Below are positions 30,693 to 41,000 of a stretch of 64,000 nucleotides of DNA, piece by piece. Every line of letters begins with the position of its first letter. Position 1 is the first letter of the stretch. Where the stretch lies: positions 686 to 64,685 of IMG/VR virus record IMGVR_UViG_3300025769_000104; one strand, given 5' to 3'. The DNA is from a virus (Duplodnaviria; Caudoviricetes). The translations under genes were made by a program, and so were the position numbers. The notes under the pieces are model-generated. The model was not told the origin of the DNA and did no database searches. It saw only the letters and a list, made by a program, of their open reading frames with translations.

Positions 30693-32240
30693 TTATGAGT
30701 AGATATAAATATCTCCTGAAGCTGAAACAAACATATTACCTGCTTTAGTGTATTTAGCAACAACACCTGAAGCTGAGTCTCCACCTGAACCAACTACTAC
30801 AGTAGACATAAACGCATCTGGTACGTAAGCTTCTGTAGATGAATCAAATGATCCTGTTACTCCCCATCTTAATGTTGCAGCATCGTATGCGAATGCTTCA
30901 CCATTAGTGGCACTATCTTGTTGTACTACAATACCACCATCTCCAGTAGCAGTTGAACCAGATGCTAATCTAATAAATCTATCAGCTACATCTAAATCTT
31001 CTCTGTGTTGGAATGAAGCAGTACCTGCTACTACTAAGTTTCCTTGAAGGTTTGTATCACCACCTACTGTAAGTCCTGAAGTAATAGTTACTGAATCTGG
31101 TAAACCAACTGTTACAGTTCCACCTGCACCAAGTGTAATTGAACCACCTGATACTTCAATTTCGTTTGCAGTACCTTGAACAGTTAAGCTAGTGTTACCT
31201 TGAACAGCCGTGTTAGCACTTGAACCGTAATCTACAGCGATTGTTGGGTTTGAACCTTCACCTGAGTTTGAACCAATTGTTACACCAGTTCCACTTCCAA
31301 GTGCCGCTACATAATCACCAGTTGTTTGAGTTCCTAATGCTACTGCATTATCAGCAATTTCAACACCAGTAATACTAGAAGCTGAAATATGAACTGAACC
31401 TATAATTGCATCTGCTGCGATTGAAGCTGAAGTAACAGCTCCTGCTGCGATCATAGCATTTGAAATACCACCTGCTTTAACTCTTAAGCTATCAGTTGAG
31501 ATTTCGATTGATGAATCATCAACATTAACTGCTAATGCAGTACCTCCACCACCTGATAAACCATCACCAGCTACTGAAGTTGCAATTTGAGTTGCTGTAA
31601 TTCCAGCATCTGATACTTTAACTCCACCTGCTCCTACTGTTAATGTAGAACCATCTGCTTGTACTGCGAATGTTGCTGTTGCAGAACCATCATAAGGACC
31701 ACCTGTTAAACCATTACCTGATGTTAAATCTGGTAAATCAGTTGTTCCTACAAATGAACCAGTAAAGCTACCAGTAAATCCAGTTAAGCTTAATTGTGAT
31801 ACTGTGTTACCTAATTCTACAGCAGTGCTACCGAAAGTAATACTATTATTGCTTAATGCTGAATTAGGAATACCTGATAAGTTAGCTTCAGAAACACTAA
31901 TACCTCCTGCACCAACGGTGATTGTAGAATCTGCTGCTTCAACAACAAACGCTCCTCCAGAAGTTGTAATACCATTTCCAGCTAAAGAACCAGAATCAAC
32001 AGAAACAGTTACTCCAGCTGAACTACCGTCGTAACTAAAATCTATGATACCCGCACCATCGGTTAACGGGTTAGCGTTAGACGCTACTACTCCTGTAAGA
32101 TTTGAACCATCTCCAATAAAAGATCCAGTAAATGATCCTGTTAAGGATACATCACTCGCATCTGCTATAAGATAGCCCGCATCGTTGTTTAATTGTGATA
32201 TCGCGGAGCCCGATACTACAATCTTTTTCCATGTTGCCAT
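30693..32240 (-). CDS. Tail fibre-like protein
   Basis: G/S/T-rich repeats (AGDGLSGGG..LAVNVDDSSIE); MATWKKIVVSGS N-terminus. Confidence 0.75.
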   Translation of the reverse strand: MATWKKIVVSGSAISQLNNDAGYLIADASDVSLTGSFTGSFIGDGSNLTGVVASNANPLTDGAGIIDFSYDGSSAGVTVSVDSGSLAGNGITTSGGAFVVEAADSTITVGAGGISVSEANLSGIPNSALSNNSITFGSTAVELGNTVSQLSLTGFTGSFTGSFVGTTDLPDLTSGNGLTGGPYDGSATATFAVQADGSTLTVGAGGVKVSDAGITATQIATSVAGDGLSGGGGTALAVNVDDSSIEISTDSLRVKAGGISNAMIAAGAVTSASIAADAIIGSVHISASSITGVEIADNAVALGTQTTGDYVAALGSGTGVTIGSNSGEGSNPTIAVDYGSSANTAVQGNTSLTVQGTANEIEVSGGSITLGAGGTVTVGLPDSVTITSGLTVGGDTNLQGNLVVAGTASFQHREDLDVADRFIRLASGSTATGDGGIVVQQDSATNGEAFAYDAATLRWGVTGSFDSSTEAYVPDAFMSTVVVGSGGDSASGVVAKYTKAGNMFVSASGDIYIYS

Positions 32241-32301
32241 TGGTCTTTAATTTAATAATTATTATACATTAATAAATATGCAACCCTAATTTAATATTAT
32301 A

Positions 32302-33336
32302 TTAATCTACTCCTAAATAAGCAGATTCTGTTGTAAAATATAATCCTCCTAATATTGCGCTTGGTTCACCATCTCCTCCTTCTCTTGCTCGGAATACTGC
32401 TACACCCGTGTTATCAATTTGGAATAAACTTTGTGTAGGAGCAGTTGCATTTTTAATTAAGAAGTTTTCACTTGAATTGATTAATGCTTCAACACTACCG
32501 GTAACACCTAAGCTACCTGTAATTTCTGCTGAACCTGTAAATGGGAAACCTGCACCACTACTACCTGAAGTTAATAGAGCTACTGTTGATGCTACTACAT
32601 TTTGATATGCTGCTAATCCTAATCCTTGACCCCCACCTGATAAATCATTTGCACCTGCTACAGTCATAAAACTTCCAGATATTTCCGAAAGTAGTAAATA
32701 TGTTTGGTTATACGTTAAAGAATACCCTGTAGGTTCCTTAAAAGCTGGTACTGTATCACTAGCTGTAGCATAAAAACTAATTTGTGAAGAATTGTCTCTA
32801 TTAGTTACTCTAGTAATAGTATATTGGGCGTATTTCCCTGCTAAACCTGTTCCAGCACTAGCCGTAGCTTCAAGTTGGCCAATAATACCCCAAGGAAAAT
32901 CTCCTGCTTGAAACTCAGCATCTTCACTACCAGTTACATCTCTAAAATCAGCTGGAGGGTTATTTGTACTCCCACCTACTTTTGAAAATGAAGCTGTAGC
33001 TACATAGATCCATCCTGCAGGTAAAGTTATAAATGTTAGTTGATTAGTTGCACTAGCATCTGCTGTTCCATCTAATGTTATAACTTTAGTGCCTGAGTTG
33101 TAATTTGTAATTTTTGTAGGAGAACTAAATTCTCCAGAAGATCTTAAATACATTCCAGCTTCAATAGATCCAGAACCTAAATATCCGGCTACATCATCTA
33201 TTACAGTAGCGGTGTTTTGACCGCTTGTGTAATCAACTCTAACTCTTAAAAATGAATTTGCAACGTTTGAAGATGTAGTATATACTTGGGCGCTACTTAG
33301 GCCTATAGAAGCAAAATTTAAAGTTGGGTTAGCCAT
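32302..33336 (-). CDS. Virion structural protein
   Basis: S/T/G-rich; FPFTGSAEITGSLGVTGS. Confidence 0.6.
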   Translation of the reverse strand: MANPTLNFASIGLSSAQVYTTSSNVANSFLRVRVDYTSGQNTATVIDDVAGYLGSGSIEAGMYLRSSGEFSSPTKITNYNSGTKVITLDGTADASATNQLTFITLPAGWIYVATASFSKVGGSTNNPPADFRDVTGSEDAEFQAGDFPWGIIGQLEATASAGTGLAGKYAQYTITRVTNRDNSSQISFYATASDTVPAFKEPTGYSLTYNQTYLLLSEISGSFMTVAGANDLSGGGQGLGLAAYQNVVASTVALLTSGSSGAGFPFTGSAEITGSLGVTGSVEALINSSENFLIKNATAPTQSLFQIDNTGVAVFRAREGGDGEPSAILGGLYFTTESAYLGVD

Positions 33337-33357
33337 AGCTTATATTGTATTTAAAGT

Positions 33358-35199
33358 TTATAATTTTACACTCAGAATAATTGGTGTACCGTTATCAATT
33401 CCGGTTACATTTATTCTATTTATATTACTTCCCAAATTATATTGGAAAGCAGCTGTTAAACCACCTGAGGTTCCTGTTCCATCTGCACTAATAGCGGCTC
33501 CTACTACTGGTATAATTTGTTGTTTATCGCTAAATCCATTACCATTAGATAAACTACTAGGAACATCTATTGTCATGTTTGAAGCTTGTTCATTTGCATA
33601 TAATTGAATTGCATTAACTCTAATATTTCCTACAGTTGGGGCAGTTAATACAATTGCAGTAACATCACCACTAGTTTGAGTTACTGTTGCTTCAACTGCA
33701 GGTATATAAGCACCTGCTGTACCGCTTGTACCACCTGAATCTGCTACTGTTACATCAAAAGCATTTGTTGAAACGTTTGAAACGGCTAAGTAAGAATAAT
33801 CTTCACTCATGTTTCTAATTATTACATAATCCCCATTAGATAAACCATGGGCAGTAGATGTTATTGATAAAGTAGTTGATGATCTACTCCAAGATAAACC
33901 TTGGTATAAATTACCTGTAGAGGTAAGGTGTACTTCATAATCTGATCCTCCTGCAGCTGCTTGATAAGAAATTTCATTATTAAATCCTGTTCCAGCTGCT
34001 GTACCTGCAGGTCCTGTTGGACCAGTAGCACCTTTTTCTCCTACAGTACCTTGTGTACCTGTGCCTGTAATACCTTGGGCACCATCTGCACCTTGTGGAC
34101 CTGTTGGACCATTTGGGCCTTGTGATCCTGCTGCGCCTGTATCTCCTTTATCTCCTTGAGCACCAGTTGTACCTTGAGTACCTATTCCAGTTGCACCTTG
34201 AGAACCAGTATCACCTTTATCTCCTGCAGTACCTGTAGCTCCTTGTGTACCGGCTCCAGTTGCACCTTGTGGACCTGTAGTACCATCTGTACCTTGTGTA
34301 CCATCAGCACCTTGTGTACCTACTCCTGTAGTACCTTGAGCTCCATTTGTTCCTTGTGCTCCTACATCTCCTTTAGCTCCTGTTTCTCCTTTAGATCCTG
34401 CTTCACCTTTATCCCCAGTAGCTCCTTGAGTACCTGCTCCAGTTGCACCTTGTGGGCCTGTGGTACCATCTGTACCTTGTGTACCATCAGCACCTTGTGT
34501 ACCTGCTCCAGTTTCACCTTTAACACCATCTGTACCTTGAGTACCGTTAGCACCTTGTGCTCCATTTGTTCCTGTAGCACCTTGTGAACCTGTATCACCT
34601 TGAACTCCTGTGGCACCTTTTTCTCCTGCTGAACCTTGAGTACCTAGATTACCTTTTTCACCAGCAGCACCTTTATCACCATTACTACCAGCAGTACCTT
34701 GTGAACCATCATTTCCTGTTTCACCTTGTTGACCTTTTTCTCCATTAGCACCTTGAGCACCTGAAGCACCCTTTTCACCTGCAGCACCTTTTTCCCCAGT
34801 TGTACCTTGTGAACCATTTGAACCATTTGCACCCGTTGCGCCTTGAGGACCAGTTGTACCAGTAGCACCTTGGGAAGCTGTTGCTCCTTGAGGTCCTGCG
34901 GTACCATCTGTTCCTTGAGCACCTGTTGCTCCTTGTGAACCTACAGAAGAACTACCGGAATATAATCTTCCGTCTGAGTCAATTAATACGGCTCCATATG
35001 AGGAATCTGTTTTATTTTCGGCTACGTTTTTTAAAATAACAGAGCCTGTTTGTAAAAAGGATCCTGTTAAAGTAAGTGATCCTGATATGGTAATATCATA
35101 TGCATCCGCACCAGTAAAAGCATCTACAGACTGGGAAACCTGTAATGCTTCAATAGTTTGTCCGGTTGCTATACCATTATTTGATAAAGTATTTGCCAT
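33358..35199 (-). CDS. Collagen-like fibre protein
   Basis: About 315 aa of Gly-X-Y, then a beta-rich C-terminal domain (HGLSNGDYV). Confidence 0.85.
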   Translation of the reverse strand: MANTLSNNGIATGQTIEALQVSQSVDAFTGADAYDITISGSLTLTGSFLQTGSVILKNVAENKTDSSYGAVLIDSDGRLYSGSSSVGSQGATGAQGTDGTAGPQGATASQGATGTTGPQGATGANGSNGSQGTTGEKGAAGEKGASGAQGANGEKGQQGETGNDGSQGTAGSNGDKGAAGEKGNLGTQGSAGEKGATGVQGDTGSQGATGTNGAQGANGTQGTDGVKGETGAGTQGADGTQGTDGTTGPQGATGAGTQGATGDKGEAGSKGETGAKGDVGAQGTNGAQGTTGVGTQGADGTQGTDGTTGPQGATGAGTQGATGTAGDKGDTGSQGATGIGTQGTTGAQGDKGDTGAAGSQGPNGPTGPQGADGAQGITGTGTQGTVGEKGATGPTGPAGTAAGTGFNNEISYQAAAGGSDYEVHLTSTGNLYQGLSWSRSSTTLSITSTAHGLSNGDYVIIRNMSEDYSYLAVSNVSTNAFDVTVADSGGTSGTAGAYIPAVEATVTQTSGDVTAIVLTAPTVGNIRVNAIQLYANEQASNMTIDVPSSLSNGNGFSDKQQIIPVVGAAISADGTGTSGGLTAAFQYNLGSNINRINVTGIDNGTPIILSVKL

Positions 35200-35235
35200 G
35201 GTCTAAGGTATATTTTGTTATAAATATATTATTTT

Positions 35236-36297
35236 TTATTGTCTGTCAATGTTTATTAAAATAGTTGTATCAGTAGTTCTAGAAGTAGGTAAAGGTTGAG
35301 CTAATTTACCAACTGCTAATAACTCCTGATCTTCATTATACAATCCTACTGTTGATACATAGGGAGAGAAATATGATCCTGTTACATAATCATATACAAC
35401 CCCTGCATTAGAACCTGATTTAATAACGGTAGGATTTAATGTATAATTAAATTCGTTTTCTGCAATAGTACATTTGTATTGCGTCTCATAAATAGTAAAA
35501 GAAGAACTAAAAGAGCATGTTATATTTGAGCTAGTTACAAAATTTTCAACATGATTATTCCCAACTGTTCTACCTCCATAAAAACCAGCTCCATATTCAT
35601 CTTCACCATAAGAACCACTTTCACCTGTTCCTTCTTTTCTAGTACCTCCTGTAAAAACAATTATACCGTGTTCGTAAATAACATTACCAACATTTATATA
35701 ATCATGTTCTGTAGTATTTGGAGTTAGCATTTGTAATCTTCCTTCTCCATCGTCTATATAACTACCACTATCTGTGATTATTTTTAAACTGTTAGGCATT
35801 ATATAATCACCAAATAAATTTCTAGGAATTGATAATACCCCTATTTTAGGAGAAAATACTTGTTGTCCATAAACATCTTCTCCATAAGCTGCTTCTCCAT
35901 AAGCTGCTAAAGGTACTAATGCTGTATAAGAGCTAGTTGGAAAATATTTTTGCGGTAATAAATCTGTTTGTTCAAAATTATAATAAAAATTTGAACCCAT
36001 TCTAGCAGTTACAGTCCCATCAGGATTTACTGATTGGGTATTTGCAATCTGTACATTACCATTACTACTAGAAATATAATTTGAGTAATATAATTGTTGG
36101 CTAGAATAGTATATAGAAGATTGTGAATAAGGAGTTAAATACCCAGTAGATGATCCTGTTGAGAATTTAGCTCCTAAATATCTGTCAATACCAACATTAG
36201 ATGCAGTTAAAGCATTACCTTCAAAAGAAAATCCCTTAGTTACCTCTAAAGGAGATACAATAATATCTTGTGAATTTAGTGTTTTGAACGCCGCCAT
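35236..36297 (-). CDS. Baseplate/tail-collar structural protein
   Basis: C-terminal YVSTVGLYN...LLAVGKLAQP; paralogous to 36304..37338. Confidence 0.65.
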   Translation of the reverse strand: MAAFKTLNSQDIIVSPLEVTKGFSFEGNALTASNVGIDRYLGAKFSTGSSTGYLTPYSQSSIYYSSQQLYYSNYISSSNGNVQIANTQSVNPDGTVTARMGSNFYYNFEQTDLLPQKYFPTSSYTALVPLAAYGEAAYGEDVYGQQVFSPKIGVLSIPRNLFGDYIMPNSLKIITDSGSYIDDGEGRLQMLTPNTTEHDYINVGNVIYEHGIIVFTGGTRKEGTGESGSYGEDEYGAGFYGGRTVGNNHVENFVTSSNITCSFSSSFTIYETQYKCTIAENEFNYTLNPTVIKSGSNAGVVYDYVTGSYFSPYVSTVGLYNEDQELLAVGKLAQPLPTSRTTDTTILINIDRQ

Positions 36298-36303
36298 CCA
36301 TTC

Positions 36304-37338
36304 TTAGAAATCTAATTTTACTCTAATAAGAGCTTCTTTTGTAAAGTTTTTCAATAAAGGTCTTGATAATTTAGCTGTTGCTAATAATTCATTACCATCA
36401 TTATATAAACCTACTGTTGTAATATATGATTGAGGATTATTAATAAAATAATTATAAATTACTTCACCTGTTGACCCTGAAATATATGATGGATTTTCAG
36501 AATAATTAAATTCGCTATTTCTTGCTCTAACAAACACATAATCAGAAGTAATTGTTTCTTCTGAGTTTAATTTGAATGAAGATCCAGATTGAATAGTTCC
36601 TAATAGTTTTAATGGGTTATTACCATTTGTATTAGTTGTAGTTGTTGTTCCTAAATTTAAACCTTCAACACTATTTAAATCTAATGCATCTCCATTTAAG
36701 ATAATAGTTCCAATATCTGGTAAGAATAAACCATAAGAACCACTATCTGTAGTGTATCCATTTCCTCCTGATCCGGAATTATATGATAGACCATCTGAAC
36801 CACTAACTACTTGGTATGCTCTTTGTGTACCATAATATGTTGGAACTGTTACCATACCTGAATTATCAGTTAAATATAATGTATTATCCCCAGTACCTAT
36901 AGAACCACTTAAAATTAAGTTCATTGAACCTGGAAATAATGATTCTTTATATGCTGCTCTTTCAATACTCAACACGTAAATAGAGCTTCCAGAAACACCA
37001 CCAAATACAAATCCTGAGTTTTCATCTTCTAAAACTAATGTTCTATATTGACCATAAATTGTAGATGCAGGTGAAACACCTGGGGCTGCTGTTTGGTTAT
37101 ATGCTAATGCTCCTCCACCATTTTCATTTCCATATGCGATTTCAAATTGAGCTGCTGCAGCACTGCCTGTTGGGTTTTGGTCAAAAACAGTTACATAGTA
37201 TCTACCTGAGTTACCATTAACCTGATTTGATTGGGTGTAAAATTGTGTTAAGGTTGGGCTATTAGTAGTCCAGCAAGTCGAAGTTTGTGCCTGTGCACTT
37301 ACTACAAAATCGTCTGCTTCTAATCTATTAAATGACAT
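36304..37338 (-). CDS. Baseplate/tail-collar structural protein
   Basis: EFNYSENP...YITTVGLYND..ELLATAKLSRP. Confidence 0.65.
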   Translation of the reverse strand: MSFNRLEADDFVVSAQAQTSTCWTTNSPTLTQFYTQSNQVNGNSGRYYVTVFDQNPTGSAAAAQFEIAYGNENGGGALAYNQTAAPGVSPASTIYGQYRTLVLEDENSGFVFGGVSGSSIYVLSIERAAYKESLFPGSMNLILSGSIGTGDNTLYLTDNSGMVTVPTYYGTQRAYQVVSGSDGLSYNSGSGGNGYTTDSGSYGLFLPDIGTIILNGDALDLNSVEGLNLGTTTTTNTNGNNPLKLLGTIQSGSSFKLNSEETITSDYVFVRARNSEFNYSENPSYISGSTGEVIYNYFINNPQSYITTVGLYNDGNELLATAKLSRPLLKNFTKEALIRVKLDF

Positions 37339-37348
37339 ATTTCTTTAT

Positions 37349-38014
37349 TTACGTTGTTGATTTAGTTATTGTTATAGGGACAGTAATTCTAGCTCCACTA
37401 TCTAACCCTGTAAATGTTAAAGTACTTAATAGTGTACTATTTGAACCAAATAATGTATTTACAGTAGTAGCTCTTAATGTAAATTGAGTACCTACAATTG
37501 TAGATGATACATTAGTTCCAATTGTTTGTGTTGCTGTCGCATTAGCAGAAGTAGCTGATGTTGTATTAATACCTGTTGCTTCAAATGTATTTAATAATCT
37601 TACATCAGCGATTGTACAGCTATAACCTGCTGTTTCAAATACTTGGTCATTACCTAAATAATTTAATGTTTGAGGTGTAATTGCTAATGTAGCACCTTGT
37701 TGTAGTGTAACGGCATCATATCCTACATTTAATATAGGTAATTTAGCTGTACCTCTTGGTAATGTTGCAAGTTTATATTTCATTATTTGTGATTCTTCTG
37801 GGAATGCTTCTAATAAAGGCATTCCATCAATAGCTTCACCATAAAAAGCAGAACCTGAGGGATGTGAAGGATTATATAATGTATAATCAATTTCATCATC
37901 AGATAAAGCAAATTGAGTAATTCTAAAAGAACCATCGTTAGCCGCTAGTAACTCTCTTCCTTTAGTTGTTAAAATAGCGTCAATTGTTATTACTGAATTG
38001 TTTAAATATCCCAT
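37349..38014 (-). CDS. Virion structural protein
   Basis: DAILTTKGRELLA...ITQFALSDDEIDY, resembling tail-collar N-termini. Confidence 0.65.
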   Translation of the reverse strand: MGYLNNSVITIDAILTTKGRELLAANDGSFRITQFALSDDEIDYTLYNPSHPSGSAFYGEAIDGMPLLEAFPEESQIMKYKLATLPRGTAKLPILNVGYDAVTLQQGATLAITPQTLNYLGNDQVFETAGYSCTIADVRLLNTFEATGINTTSATSANATATQTIGTNVSSTIVGTQFTLRATTVNTLFGSNSTLLSTLTFTGLDSGARITVPITITKSTT

Positions 38015-38056
38015 TTTGTTATTTTTATATAAATATTGTTATATGTTATAAATATG

Positions 38057-41000
38057 TTACTCTATAAGTTTCTTATCCCTTAAGTCTTTTATTACTTCAT
38101 CTGTATTAAGTTCTATATCTCCTGTTGGATATTCTGGGAAGAAGAAACCATTTGGTGTATTATCTTTTTTAGTTAATGGTAAAATCGTAGTTACATATGA
38201 TGTAGATCCTGATGAAGTTGAACTCATGGATTGAGTATAAAACGCCCCATTCCCAGGTTCTGGAGTTACCTCTCCAATCCCATCTTGGTCAGAAGAAAAA
38301 GTTGTAATAGCATCTGTTAAATTGTTGTTTACTTGAGTTTGGACTACTTTTAAATTACCATAAGGAAATAAATTATCTAATATTACAGTATTAGGTGAAT
38401 ATCTATATCTTCTAATTAAGAAAAAGTCCATATTTACTGAAGGATCAACTTCTCCATCTAATGTTAAAGTTAATAAATTTTCATTTTCAAGTGGTTCAGG
38501 TGCCTCTATTTCTATAATTTTATAAGTTAAAGCTTCACTATTTTCAAACCTAATTTCATCATTTACTTGAAGTTCCCATTCTATATTATATTGTGGGATC
38601 TCTGTATCTGTAGGTTCAAGTCCACCTGGGAATCTTAAATTATTTGAAGCAGTATATGGTAGATACCCCATTATATAACCATTACCATAGGCATCATTCC
38701 CGTTTTCTGCTATTAATTGAATTTTATCACGTGTTTCATATTGTCCTCCAAAAGCAGATCCTGAAAATACCCAGTAAGGGGCATTAAGTGCACCATCTTG
38801 TTCAGAAGAAGCAGCTCTATCTCCTTGTAAGGCAATGTTTATATAAGGACCACTATACGCTCTTGCAGGACAAGGTCTACTATCAAATTGTGCTGCTGTT
38901 AATACTGGGTTCCAGTAATTTCTTGCAGCATCGACACTTTCAGGATTATAATATTGATCAGCTTGTACTCTATAATATACACCACCATTTAATATTTCAT
39001 TTGTTTCTATATTAAATATAAATGAAGCATATAGAGCAGATTGAATTTGTCTTCCTAATTGAGTAGTAGCCGATCTTAAAGCTTGAGGGTTTATTTGGAA
39101 ATGGTATTCTGTATTATTATTCCTAAATCCTGCATTGTTGGATCCAAAAATATTAATTAAATCTAAATCTAATTCTGCTCCTCCTGAGAAGAATAGTCTT
39201 AATATTGGTCTGGTTACTTGTGACATAGTAACAAGATTCCAACCTCCAGTACCACTACTACTTTTATATACTCTTAATTTAATATATCCTACATCTGTTC
39301 TATTATAATCAGAGCTATCGTTCCACCCACCTGCATCAGTTCTATATTCAAAAGGTGGAGTTGTAGGAAATTCCGTTCTCATTCTAATTCTCCAGTTATC
39401 TGATAAATCACTAGAGGGAGTTCCAAATCCTTGTACTATATCTTTAGTAAAGAAGATATAACCTTGTTTATTTGATTGAGTAGATGCATCATATGGAGGA
39501 TTAGTAACAGGGGTGAATTCTGATATAATTGATGATGAAGCTTCATTTGAGCCATAAGTACCAGCATCTCCATATCTGGAGCCAGTAGAAAATGAAAAAT
39601 ATCCACTTTGAGATGCCCCAGCAAAAACATTATTCATGGTAATGTTTTTAACAACATCATTTGCAGAGGATCTACTAGATTTATTTTGGGCAGAATAACT
39701 TCTTCCATTAGCAGTCATAGATTGTTGGAGGAAGGATGCAGTAAAGTTACTTATTACCTCTGGATTCCCCCCTAATGGGACAAATTGACTAAATCCATCA
39801 GCAGAAGTTTGAGACCACAATACACCAACTGGTTCTTTAGCTACTTCATATATTGAATTTAAACCATTTAAGCTATCATATTGAGATGAACCACTAATTT
39901 GATTTACACCTAATCTTCCTAAATCACCTGCTGTCCAACTTCCTTGTACATCAAATGCTGTATATGGTGATAATATAGGTTGTAATGCATCCCCAGCAGC
40001 ATTAATTAAATATTTTAAGTTTAATTGTACTTTATTATTTACTACTGGATAAGGATCTAACACCTGATCAGCATATGCAAAATATCCTGTTAAATAATCA
40101 ATTACTGGTAGATTACCATACCCATTTTTTAATAATTCAATACTATTTACCTTTGAAGCTTCAGTTTCACTACCTAAATATCTAGGATTAATTTGTGCTA
40201 ATTGAGTATAATATGATTCTGGTACTGTAGCTTTTGAAGCTGAACCAGATAATATTAACTGAAAATTGGTTGGCATGTAAGCACCTGTAGTATAATCTAC
40301 ATTTTGGATAAATTTATTTGTTCTTTCTCCAACCACATTATTAATTAAAGGTTGACAATCTGGAGTATTACTTAAACCTAAAGTATTGTCAAATGCATTT
40401 TCTATAAATGTAGGTACTCTACCATCACCCTCTATACTTTGAGTTGGTGTGTTAAATTCTAAGTAATATTCTGATACTACTAATGAACTTTCAATTGTTT
40501 TTAAAGGTTGAGAGGATGTTACTGCTAATGATATTTGTAAACAATCTTTAATTCTAATAGATTGAGATGGAATTAAATAACTCATAGTAATAGCTAAACC
40601 ATTAACATGAATATTTTCATCCATAAACATAGATTCAGTAACAAAATCTCCTGTTACACCAAAAGGTCTAGATGGATAACTACCAGTATAAATTCTTAAT
40701 GAAGCAGTAGGCCAAGTTGGTCCATCTCCTGCTTCACCTTCCCCATAATCATCTGTTCCATAATCTGCAGTACCATATTTTGCGCCATCAGGATCACTAC
40801 CTGTCCATGCTGTTAAGAACATTGAGGCTGTTACTTGAACATCATTTTGTGGTAATTGATTAAAAATATATAAACCATCTAAACTAGAAGATAAGGAAGC
40901 GGAATATGAAATATATACATCGCTTACTCTAGTAGCAAAAATATTAGATGGGGTAGTTCCTGGGGTATCAGGGGAAGTAATAGTAACATTACAAGTAGAT

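Noticed and set aside
20327-34922. Many Cys/Thr/Leu-rich or EHKELM-type ORFs in other frames
   Set aside because: Shadow frames of the collagen Gly-X-Y codon repeats
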